Below, piece after piece: positions 38,616 through 46,962 of a stretch of DNA of 64,000 nt; within the stretch, counting starts at the first letter, position 1; each line of letters starts with the position of its first letter. Source of the DNA: a virus. The stretch is from the IMG/VR virus record IMGVR_UViG_3300047319_001547, positions 31,061 through 95,060 of that record; one strand, given 5' to 3'. Below the pieces are notes generated by a model. It was not told the origin of the DNA, searched no databases, and saw nothing but the letters and a program-made list of their open reading frames with translations. Made by a program: the position numbers and the translations under genes.

Positions 38616-39005
38616 ATGGATCCGACACAATTCGCTCAGCTCTGGGCCGCCCTCGCGACCCACCAGTACGTCGCGGTCGCGGCCGTCCTGATCGGCATGC
38701 TGGTCAGCCTCGCCAAGCAGGGCTGGCTCTCCGCCTGGGTGGCCGAGAAGGTTCCGGCGGCCGCGCGCCCCGTGCTGGCGGCCGTCATAGGCGTGGTCGG
38801 ATCCGTCGCGCTCGCGGTCGCGAGCGGGCAGGACTGGCACCCCGCGCTCTTCCAGGGACTCGCCGCCGCCATGACGGCCGTCTTCGGTCACCAGATGCTG
38901 GTGGAAGGAATGCTGGGCGGCCACGAGCTCGTCTCGAAGGCTCCCTGGATGAAGAAGCCGCCCGCCAACGACGTCGATGCCCAATCCCCTCCGAAGGCCG
39001 CCTGA
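38616..39005 (+). CDS. Membrane protein, about 3 TM (holin-like)
   Basis: Three hydrophobic stretches; at the end of the virion module. Confidence 0.6.
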   Translation: MDPTQFAQLWAALATHQYVAVAAVLIGMLVSLAKQGWLSAWVAEKVPAAARPVLAAVIGVVGSVALAVASGQDWHPALFQGLAAAMTAVFGHQMLVEGMLGGHELVSKAPWMKKPPANDVDAQSPPKAA

Positions 39006-39321
39006 GCACTGATCCGCTTCGGGCGGACAGAACGAGGGCTGGACCAGCCGGACATTGTTGTCCATTCGAGATCTGCGTCGCGCGGTCAAAACCGGACTGT
39101 TTCGCGTCGTGAAAATAATGCTGGACAGGCGGTCCGACGCGGAAGTATTTCCTGATCCTCGCTGCGCTCGTCTCAGGAAATACGCGCTAACCTTGAATCG
39201 ATCCCGGGATCAGAGATCCGAGGAAAAGGTTGACCGCGAGTTCGCGCAAGCGAACGAGCTGTGTCGGATCTGAAATAGATCCCGCGCGCGCCCGCGCGAC
39301 CCCGGCGGCAACTGGATCCGC

Positions 39322-39894
39322 ATGCAGCGCCAAGACGGAGTGAGACCGGGACGAGTTGTGCGGATCCGCGAGATCGATCTCGCGCGAGTGGGGAACTGCT
39401 GGATGAAGGGCCGACTGCTCGTCGACGATCTCGCGATGGCGATCAGCCACTCGGGCGACTGCTTCTTCAACTACGAGCTTCTCGACTCGTTCCTGCACTA
39501 CGGGGGCGGTCAGGAGATGAGGGTCGGGTATCGAAGGATCCCGGGGAGCAGGTTCGGCGCCTACACGCTGGGGGTGGCGCACGAGTTCCAGCCGAGCGAG
39601 CGGGAGTTCCACCTGCTGATGGCGGGTGAGAACGTCTCGTTCGAGAGCCAGCGGGTTGGAACTCGAGTTCCAAGGGCGCGCCTGGACCCCGACGGGACCG
39701 CCACCGGCAAGACGATCCTGACGGGCCACGTCGTGGCGGGGCGGGAGGGGACGATGCACCACGGGCCGGGCGACACCCACGTCGACCTCGAGACGGGCCG
39801 CCGCACGCCGCTGGGGGCCCGCCGCAGCCCTCCCGGCAAGGCGGAGGGGCGCCGGGTAGTCTCCCACGGCCGGACGCGTCTGAAGGGCGCGTAG
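39322..39894 (+). CDS. Hypothetical protein
   Basis: First ORF of the replication module; start uncertain. Confidence 0.5.
   Translation: MQRQDGVRPGRVVRIREIDLARVGNCWMKGRLLVDDLAMAISHSGDCFFNYELLDSFLHYGGGQEMRVGYRRIPGSRFGAYTLGVAHEFQPSEREFHLLMAGENVSFESQRVGTRVPRARLDPDGTATGKTILTGHVVAGREGTMHHGPGDTHVDLETGRRTPLGARRSPPGKAEGRRVVSHGRTRLKGA
39657..39672. repeat. Palindrome copy 9 (intragenic, reads GTRVP)
   Basis: Exact match; a 13/16 degenerate copy lies at 39575-39590. Confidence 0.97.
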
Positions 39895-39917
39895 GCGCCG
39901 GGCGGCATCATCGCTGG

Positions 39918-41339
39918 ATGACGGCGGTGGTGCGGGACTCCCGGGTGCGGGTCTGCCTGGAGGGGCTGCCCGAGGAGGCGGGAGACCGAATCCGCGCAGC
40001 CTTCACGCACCCGAACCCCCGGCACGGCGATCTGAGGCGCCCCGACGAACCGCGTTTTCTGCGGACGTGGCGGAACGACCGCGGGATGCTGACGGTGCCG
40101 CGCGGCGGCTGGCGGCGCGTTCGGGACGCCCTGCCGGGCGCGTCGTTCGCGGACGCGTGGACGTGGCGCCATCCCGAGCGGGACTTCCCCGACCATCTTC
40201 TGGAGGCGCGCGACTACCAGCGGGAGATGATCGACGCGGCCGCGGTCGGGGAGACGGGGATCCTGCGCGCCCCCACCGGCAGCGGGAAGACGACGGCGGC
40301 GTTCGGGCTGCTGGCGCGCCTGAAGCGCCGGGCGCTGGTGCTGGTCTGGACCAAGAACCTGTTCGAGCAGTGGAGGGAGCGCGCCGGCGCGGAGCTGGGC
40401 CTTACGGGCGACGACGTCGGCATCATCCACGGATCGACGACCCGCATCCGGCCGCTGACGATCGCCATGCAGCAGACCGTCCACTCGCGCTTCAAGCGCG
40501 ACCTCTCGCTTGCGGGCGAGTTCGACGTCGTGGTGGCGGACGAGATCCAGCGGGCCGCCGCCGACACCATGTATGCGGCGATCGACCCCTTCAGCGCCCG
40601 CTATCGGATCGGCATCTCGGCCGACGAGACGCGGCGCGACCGGATGGAGCAGCTCACCTACGACCTGTTCGGCGACGTGCTTCACTCGGTCGACAACCGG
40701 AAGCTCATCGACTCCGGGGCGGTGGTGGACGTCGAGATGCTGGTGGTGCCGACCGACTTCCGGGCCGGCTGGTACCGCTTCCGGCAGGACTTCAACCGCC
40801 TGCTGGCCCAGATGACGACCGACCCGGACCGCAACGCGCTGCTGCTGGACGTGGCGCGCCGGATCGTCTCTCAGGGGCAGCAGTGCCTGATCTTCACCCA
40901 CCGGGTCGAGCACGCGCGCGACATCGACGCCCGACTGACCGAGATGGGGATCCGAAGCGGAACCCTCATAGGCGGCGTCGAGAACGAGATCGCGTTCGAG
41001 CGATCCAAGACGGGACTGAAGTCCGGCGCGGCGCGCGCGGGGGTCGGCACCTACGGGGCGATCGCCCAGGGGCTGGATCTTCCGACCGTCGCGCGCGGGA
41101 TCTGCGCGACCCCGATAGGGAACAACAGACAGCAGATGGGGCAGGTGCGCGGCCGCCTCTGCCGAGAGCCGGGCGGCAAGGGGATCGCGCGGCTGGTCTA
41201 CCTGCTGGACCGGCAGGTGTACGGCACCAAGCCGGTCAGGAACTTCCTCGACTGGTATGGGGTCGTGCGGGTTCTCGAGGGTCGGGAGTGGATCGACGGC
41301 GCCGCTTGGCTGAATGCCCAGAAGGGGAATCGACGATGA
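39918..41339 (+). CDS. SF2 helicase (XPB/UvsW-like)
   Basis: RDYQ, APTGSGKT, DEIQ, GLDLP, QVRGRLCR. Confidence 0.88.
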   Translation: MTAVVRDSRVRVCLEGLPEEAGDRIRAAFTHPNPRHGDLRRPDEPRFLRTWRNDRGMLTVPRGGWRRVRDALPGASFADAWTWRHPERDFPDHLLEARDYQREMIDAAAVGETGILRAPTGSGKTTAAFGLLARLKRRALVLVWTKNLFEQWRERAGAELGLTGDDVGIIHGSTTRIRPLTIAMQQTVHSRFKRDLSLAGEFDVVVADEIQRAAADTMYAAIDPFSARYRIGISADETRRDRMEQLTYDLFGDVLHSVDNRKLIDSGAVVDVEMLVVPTDFRAGWYRFRQDFNRLLAQMTTDPDRNALLLDVARRIVSQGQQCLIFTHRVEHARDIDARLTEMGIRSGTLIGGVENEIAFERSKTGLKSGAARAGVGTYGAIAQGLDLPTVARGICATPIGNNRQQMGQVRGRLCREPGGKGIARLVYLLDRQVYGTKPVRNFLDWYGVVRVLEGREWIDGAAWLNAQKGNRR

Positions 41340-41794
41340 GAAAGCGAAGTTCGGTTGCGGGAACCGTCACGGAAGTCAGCCGGGAGCTCGCGAAGAGTCT
41401 CGAATACGTCCGAATGGACGAACCTGAAATTCGAATCCCACCTGGAACTCGAGTTCCAGATCCGGGATTCCCTATGCAGGAAATGGAGGCGGCCAGCAAT
41501 GCCATTTTCGCCGAAGCGCGATCGGCGATGAATGAAGACGCAGTTGGCTCGATCGTGGAGGCGACCTGGGGTGAGGAACTCTTTCAGCCGCTGCAGTTCA
41601 ACACGTTTCGGGTCGGCCCCTTCAAAGCCAGCACGGTTGTGCGTGACGGCGAGACGATCGCAAATGCGATGATTCGTCTTCATCGAGAACTCGATTCGGC
41701 CGCCGCGCAGATTCGCACTCACAAGATCGACGGGTATCTCCGCGCTCTTGTAGATGTCGGTGAGGAAGTTCAGATCCGGCAAAGCAAACGATGA
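41336..41794 (+). CDS. Hypothetical protein
   Basis: ATGA coupling on both sides. Confidence 0.55.
   Translation: MRKRSSVAGTVTEVSRELAKSLEYVRMDEPEIRIPPGTRVPDPGFPMQEMEAASNAIFAEARSAMNEDAVGSIVEATWGEELFQPLQFNTFRVGPFKASTVVRDGETIANAMIRLHRELDSAAAQIRTHKIDGYLRALVDVGEEVQIRQSKR
41443..41458. repeat. Palindrome copy 10 (intragenic, GTRVP)
   Basis: Exact match. Confidence 0.97.
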
Positions 41795-42309
41795 AGCCGC
41801 CCAACGACCTGTTCGACGATCTGCCGTTCGCGCCGCCGACCAAACGCGGCGTCGCCGCCGAGCAGTTCGCCCGCATGGCGGACGCCAAGCAGGAGCAGAT
41901 CGACCGGCGTCCGAAGGGCTTCAAGCTGTCGCCGACCTCGATCGCGAAGGCGAAGCGCGAGATGGACGAGATGGCGGACGCGGGGGAGTGGACGAGCGCG
42001 CGGGGCGTCCACCTCGTGGCGCTCTACAGCTGGCTTCACGTGGCGATCTACGGCGTCGAGCCCGCGGAGCTCGACGGGCGCGAGTGGGCGCTGGCAAGCG
42101 TGTTGGCGCAGCGCTTCTGCGCCACCAACTTCGAGGGAGACTTCGGGGACTGCGTGGAGTTCATGCGGTGGGTGTGGAAGCGCGAGGCGTCTCGCGAGGA
42201 GTACAGGCGCACCCAGAAGCAGTCGGGCGGCAGGATCGGTTGGCGGCTTCAGTTCGGGGCGGCTCTCGTCACCGACTGGCGGGTCGACCGCGCGAGGGTG
42301 AGCAGATGA
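41791..42309 (+). CDS. Hypothetical protein
   Basis: Coupled ORF in the replication operon. Confidence 0.6.
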   Translation: MKPPNDLFDDLPFAPPTKRGVAAEQFARMADAKQEQIDRRPKGFKLSPTSIAKAKREMDEMADAGEWTSARGVHLVALYSWLHVAIYGVEPAELDGREWALASVLAQRFCATNFEGDFGDCVEFMRWVWKREASREEYRRTQKQSGGRIGWRLQFGAALVTDWRVDRARVSR

Positions 42310-42524
42310 GATGGAGACGAAGAAGGTTTGCGCGAATCCGAAGATCCAACAGGCGACTCGTCGAGAGTCTTCGGATTCAGATCCGCGATGACGTGAAGGC
42401 GGGCCGCATGGCGATCGTCGGCGGAGTCGCGATGCCGAGAACTCTCGCGACTGTCGTCCGCACCATGAAGGGGAAGATCCTGGAGAAGCTCCGGATCGAG
42501 GCAAACTTCGATGCGTCAGAGTGA
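42306..42524 (+). CDS. Small basic hypothetical protein
   Basis: ATGA coupling. Confidence 0.4.
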   Translation: MRWRRRRFARIRRSNRRLVESLRIQIRDDVKAGRMAIVGGVAMPRTLATVVRTMKGKILEKLRIEANFDASE

Positions 42525-42846
42525 CGGCTGGCCGGACGGCGCGATCGTCGGGTGCGGGATCGGCATCTGCTGGCGCGTGTTCGCGCCGCGTTGGTGGGAG
42601 CTGGGGAGGTGGGTGAACTGGCTGTTCGATCATCGCCCGCACGGATCGCTGACCTTCACGATGACGAACGCAGGACTGCCGGATCGAAAGTTCGATATTC
42701 GCGTCGTGCTGGCCGACTACGCGCCGCCGAACGTGCCCACCACCGAGGCGACGATCGTCCTGTCTGGCACGACGCCTGAAGTCGAGCGTCGCGTGGGCAA
42801 ACGGGTCCGCGGCTGGTACGGCAAAGGCGCAAGGCGGCGGATGTAG
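42511..42846 (+). CDS. Hypothetical protein
   Basis: Fills the gap before DnaB. Confidence 0.45.
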   Translation: MRQSDGWPDGAIVGCGIGICWRVFAPRWWELGRWVNWLFDHRPHGSLTFTMTNAGLPDRKFDIRVVLADYAPPNVPTTEATIVLSGTTPEVERRVGKRVRGWYGKGARRRM

Positions 42847-44298
42847 ATGCAGGGCGAGCGACGCGGCGCCGAACTAATTTTCCGGGCGGATCCCGTCACG
42901 GAGCAGACCGTGCTGGCGGCCGAGATGGCGGACGCCGAGGTGGCGCGCGCCACGACCGACCGCGTTCCGGCCGACTCCTTCCTGGCGCCCGAGCATCAGG
43001 CGATCCAGCGCGCCATCCGGGAGGCAGTCAGGCGCGGGCTGGGCCGGGACCCGTCGACGCTCGCAAAGCTTTCGAACGGCGAGGTGGAGGTCGGCTACCT
43101 GGCGGAGCTCTCAAGCTCGCGCCCGACCGCGCCGGACGCCGCGACGCTGAAGTTCCACGTCGACCAGCTGCTTTGGGACCACCAGCGCTACGTCGCCATG
43201 ACGGGCCCGGTCTCGAGCCTCATGGAGGCGATCGAGAAGAACGAGTCACCGGAGCGCGTGCGCGCGCTGGCGCGCTCGATCGGGACGTCGTTCGACGGGT
43301 GGTCGGACCGCCGCCACCTTCACGACCCCGATCAGCTGATACGCGAGCAGATCGCCGACGTGAAGCTCCGGATGTCGGGCCGCGCCGTCTACCCGTTCGG
43401 CCTGCCGGGGCTCGACCTGTTCGACAACCCCGACGGCACGCCGTCCGACCGCCGCCGCGTCATCCCGGGCGCCGCACCGGGACTCGTGACGGTCGTGACG
43501 GGTGTGCCGGGCAGCGGGAAGAGCACGCTGGTGGCTCGCAAGGCTCTCGGCCTGGCGCGCCAGAAGCGCCGCGTGCTGTTCGGCGCGTGGGAGATGCGGC
43601 CCGGCACGACGCTGGAGCTCATCGCATGCCTGTCGCTCAACTGGTCGCGCTCCGACCTGACGGAGGGAAAGATCGTCCCCGAGCAGCTGGCGCAGCTTCA
43701 GCTCCGGATGGAGCAGCTGTCGAAGTGGATCCGGTTCCTCGAGAACCCGTTCCGGCGCCGCGCCGGCGGGAAGGTGACGAACGAGGGAAACCTGGACGTC
43801 ATTCAAGGCTATCTGGCGGACGCCGCGTGCGACGTCTTCATAGCCGACCTCTGGAAGCGCTGCCTGAAGGAGACGCGCCCCGAGGACGAGGAGGAGGCTC
43901 TCTATCGCCAGCAGGCCATGGCGGAGGAGATGGGGGTTCACGTCATCCTGGTGCAGCAGCAGCGCCTGAAGGACATCGAGCTGCGGCCCGACAAGCGCCC
44001 GACCCGCGAGGGCATCAAGGGCAGCGGCGCCTGGACGGAGGTGCCGGACAACATCTTCGGCGTCCACCGCCCCGCCCTCTGGAAGCCCGTCCCGGACAAC
44101 GTCCTGGAGATCGACGTTCTGAAGCAGCGCTACGGGAAGTGGCCGCTGGCGGTCGAGTTCGACTGGGACCCGGACCGGGGACAGATCTCGGGCGGACGGT
44201 CGGTCGAGTACGACCAGGCGGCCGCGATGGGGGAGGGCGGATCGAATCCGATCGATCAGAAGCTGCACGCCGGAAGGGGCGGCAAGAAGAAGTCATGA
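42847..44298 (+). CDS. dnaB: DnaB-like replicative helicase
   Basis: GVPGSGKST, WEM, IADL, KRPT...IKGSG, KQRYG. Confidence 0.88.
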   Translation: MQGERRGAELIFRADPVTEQTVLAAEMADAEVARATTDRVPADSFLAPEHQAIQRAIREAVRRGLGRDPSTLAKLSNGEVEVGYLAELSSSRPTAPDAATLKFHVDQLLWDHQRYVAMTGPVSSLMEAIEKNESPERVRALARSIGTSFDGWSDRRHLHDPDQLIREQIADVKLRMSGRAVYPFGLPGLDLFDNPDGTPSDRRRVIPGAAPGLVTVVTGVPGSGKSTLVARKALGLARQKRRVLFGAWEMRPGTTLELIACLSLNWSRSDLTEGKIVPEQLAQLQLRMEQLSKWIRFLENPFRRRAGGKVTNEGNLDVIQGYLADAACDVFIADLWKRCLKETRPEDEEEALYRQQAMAEEMGVHVILVQQQRLKDIELRPDKRPTREGIKGSGAWTEVPDNIFGVHRPALWKPVPDNVLEIDVLKQRYGKWPLAVEFDWDPDRGQISGGRSVEYDQAAAMGEGGSNPIDQKLHAGRGGKKKS

Positions 44299-44783
44299 GA
44301 GTCGAGCGTGAAATAAGGCATCCGGAGACCGACTGCCCCCGGGGCGAGCACTGGAGGACCCGCATCGAGTTCGACGACGAGTTCGGCGTCACGTACCTGG
44401 CGGACGAGCAGCTGACGAGCGCCGCCAAGCGGGCGCAGTTCATCGAGGGCACGACGCTCGAGTTCACCGAAGAGACGGTGAGGTGGGTGCACGCGACGTT
44501 CGGTGAGCTGATTCGCTACTGGGATCGCCGCAACGGAGACCCCAAGAAGCCAGATCTTCCACTGGCGCGCCCGCAGAACGACGTCGACCACGTCGAGGCG
44601 CTGAAGTTCGTCGCCGACGACGCGAAGGCGGCTTTCAAGGAGTGGGAAAAGGGACCGCCCACCGATCAGATCGACGAAGAGTTGGCGGACGCGATGGGCG
44701 AGCTCCGAATCTCGCTCGACCGACTGAGGAAGATCGAGAGCAAGGTGGTGCCGATCCGCGCGCTGGAAGACGAGGACTCATGA
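44295..44783 (+). CDS. Hypothetical protein
   Basis: ATGA coupling. Confidence 0.55.
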   Translation: MRVEREIRHPETDCPRGEHWRTRIEFDDEFGVTYLADEQLTSAAKRAQFIEGTTLEFTEETVRWVHATFGELIRYWDRRNGDPKKPDLPLARPQNDVDHVEALKFVADDAKAAFKEWEKGPPTDQIDEELADAMGELRISLDRLRKIESKVVPIRALEDEDS

Positions 44784-45268
44784 TCACGATTCACGAACTG
44801 CAGCTCAATCTGCCTTGGACGATCCGCTATTCGCGAGACTTCCGGGCGTCGCCGCAGACCCACAAGGACTTCGCGCACGCGCTTCATCACGTCAGCAAGG
44901 CGGCCGGGAAGCTCCACGCGCTGGTGGACGACATGGATCACGATCGAGAGGTTGCGGACGACCCGACTCTGCGCGCGCGCAATGCGAAGTACGTTGCGGA
45001 TCTGGTCGTCTGCGCGCTGAGGCTCGCCAACACGTTCCCGGGTGGCGTCGTGGATCTCGAGCGCGCCGTCTTGGATCGCATCCAGGAGAAGAACACGCAG
45101 CCAAAGGCGCCCGAGATCCACGTGCCGGCGGAGGTTCTTCCCTGGGGGCCGCTTCCGAAGGGGATAGATCTCGAGCCTGCGTCCGACCCGCTGCCGGGCG
45201 TCGAGGACGCGCCGGTCGATCCCGTGATGGACGCGCGCCCCCGAGTGGGGCCGAAGAAGTTCGGATGA
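44780..45268 (+). CDS. MazG-like fold protein (atypical)
   Basis: VADLVVCALRLAN...DLERAV..RI.EKN. Confidence 0.55.
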   Translation: MITIHELQLNLPWTIRYSRDFRASPQTHKDFAHALHHVSKAAGKLHALVDDMDHDREVADDPTLRARNAKYVADLVVCALRLANTFPGGVVDLERAVLDRIQEKNTQPKAPEIHVPAEVLPWGPLPKGIDLEPASDPLPGVEDAPVDPVMDARPRVGPKKFG

Positions 45269-45459
45269 CGCGCGCCACCAAGCAGGCGCGCGAGGTTGTG
45301 CGGATGTTCCGCGTCATCCTGAAGCTCGAAGACGAACTGCAGAAGGCGCACGGCGAGGGCAGCTGGGAGAAGTCGTGGGAGATCGCCGTCCGGCTGCGCC
45401 GCGCCATCAAGGCGTCCCGCCATCAGGTTGATCGATTCGCCGACCTGATAGGGGACTAG
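45265..45459 (+). CDS. Small hypothetical protein
   Basis: ATGA coupling. Confidence 0.45.
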   Translation: MTRATKQAREVVRMFRVILKLEDELQKAHGEGSWEKSWEIAVRLRRAIKASRHQVDRFADLIGD

Positions 45460-45460
45460 C

Positions 45461-46447
45461 GTGGTCGCGCCGGTCGACCGCGCGCTTGAGAAGCTCGGGA
45501 TCGTCGCTCAGCGCCGGGGCGGAAGATGGTGGGCGGAGAACTGCCCGCTGCCGACTCACGGCCAGCCGAATCCCGAGCATCGTTGGCAGAACTTCTTCGT
45601 AAGAGACAACCGTTCGCCGCGTCCCGGACAGTTCCACTGCTTCAGCTGCAAGTCGGGCGGGACGCTGGTCGAGCTCGTGATGGCGATGCGCGACGTCGAG
45701 TTCGCAGACGCGGCCGATTGGCTCAGGACGCTGGGCGAGCAGGCGCCGCCACCAGTCCTCAGCGTGAGGTTCGACCCGACGGGCCCGCGCGTCTTCCGGA
45801 TGCCTGTGGGGGTCGAGTTCACGCCGCTCGAGGAGTGGAACAGCGTGCCGCGCTCCTACCTGGAGGGGCGCGGAGTCGACTCTCAGCAGGTGAAGGGGTG
45901 GGGGATCGGCTACGCGCTGGAGGGCAGGCTGGCGGGCAGGATCGTGATCCCGATCCGGGACCAGCGGGGCCGACTGGCGAACTACGCGGCCCGCACGTTC
46001 GTCGGCGACGAGACGCGCTACCTGGCGGCTCAGTCGAGCGAGCGGCCCGACAAGTCCGCCCTCTGGGGGGAGGAGTTCTGGAAGGAGCCCGGCTACCTGC
46101 TGACCGGGCGGGACGTCGTGGTGGTGTTCGAGGGGGCGCTGAACGGCCTGGCGATCGAGCGCGCTCTGCGGAGTTGGAACTCGAGTTCCAGGCCGTCGCT
46201 GGCGGGCCTTCAGGGCAGCGAGCTCGATCACCGAAGGCTCGCGAAGCTCGGGACCTTCCGGACGATCGTCTGCGCGACCGACCCCGACCGGGCGGGCGAC
46301 CGGGCGGCGCGCGAGATCGCCGCCGCGCTGGGACGCCGCGCGGACGTCCGGAGGGCGCGCTATCCTGACGAGCGTGACGCAGCCGACCTGCAGCGATGGG
46401 AGCTCGAAAAGATGCTCGCCGAGACGACGTCCCATCAATGGGAGTGA
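45461..46447 (+). CDS. dnaG: DNA primase (Zn finger + TOPRIM)
   Basis: CPLPTH...HCFSC, YLEGRG, RIVIPIRD, FEG, DPDRAG. Confidence 0.88.
   Translation: MVAPVDRALEKLGIVAQRRGGRWWAENCPLPTHGQPNPEHRWQNFFVRDNRSPRPGQFHCFSCKSGGTLVELVMAMRDVEFADAADWLRTLGEQAPPPVLSVRFDPTGPRVFRMPVGVEFTPLEEWNSVPRSYLEGRGVDSQQVKGWGIGYALEGRLAGRIVIPIRDQRGRLANYAARTFVGDETRYLAAQSSERPDKSALWGEEFWKEPGYLLTGRDVVVVFEGALNGLAIERALRSWNSSSRPSLAGLQGSELDHRRLAKLGTFRTIVCATDPDRAGDRAAREIAAALGRRADVRRARYPDERDAADLQRWELEKMLAETTSHQWE
46175..46190. repeat. Palindrome copy 11 (inside primase, WNSSS)
   Basis: Exact match. Confidence 0.97.
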
Positions 46448-46475
46448 GACCCGCAGCAAGTCGATCTTCACCAAG

Positions 46476-46661
46476 ATGGGGGTCGACCGGGAGCTGACGA
46501 TCCGCCACGTGCTGGCCCTGGAGAGCGGCTGCGTGACGGCGGCCGCCCGGCGCCTCACCATCACGCGCGAGGCTCTCTGGCAGCACATGAGGAGCCTGGG
46601 GATCGGCTCCCTGCCGAAGCGGCTGCGCGACGAGGCTCGCCGAAGGTTCGTCGTGCCGTAG
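46476..46661 (+). CDS. Fis-type HTH protein
   Basis: GCVTAAARRLTITREALWQHMRSLGI. Confidence 0.65.
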   Translation: MGVDRELTIRHVLALESGCVTAAARRLTITREALWQHMRSLGIGSLPKRLRDEARRRFVVP

Positions 46662-46680
46662 CGGCATCCAAGATGGCAAG

Positions 46681-46872
46681 ATGACGTTCCGCCTGACCGA
46701 CATGGCCTACCTGGTGAGATCCGACCCCGCGCGCGCCCGGCGCAAGCTGAAGGCCGCGCTGAAGAAGAGCGGGGGAGACGTCACGCAGGCGGCGTTCCAG
46801 TTCGGCGTGACGCGCCGCACGTTCGACCGCTGGACGGCGCTCGTGCAGGCCCACGCCCTCCCACCTATCTGA
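46681..46872 (+). CDS. Fis-type HTH protein
   Basis: ALKKSGGDVTQAAFQFGVTRRTFDRW. Confidence 0.7.
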   Translation: MTFRLTDMAYLVRSDPARARRKLKAALKKSGGDVTQAAFQFGVTRRTFDRWTALVQAHALPPI

Positions 46873-46962
46873 CGCCGCCGGTCGTTTCTATTAGACAAGC
46901 TTGCCGGCAATGCGCTAAGCCTAGGTTGAGGCCGCCAATGCGGCTGAGAAAGGCCGGCCGCA

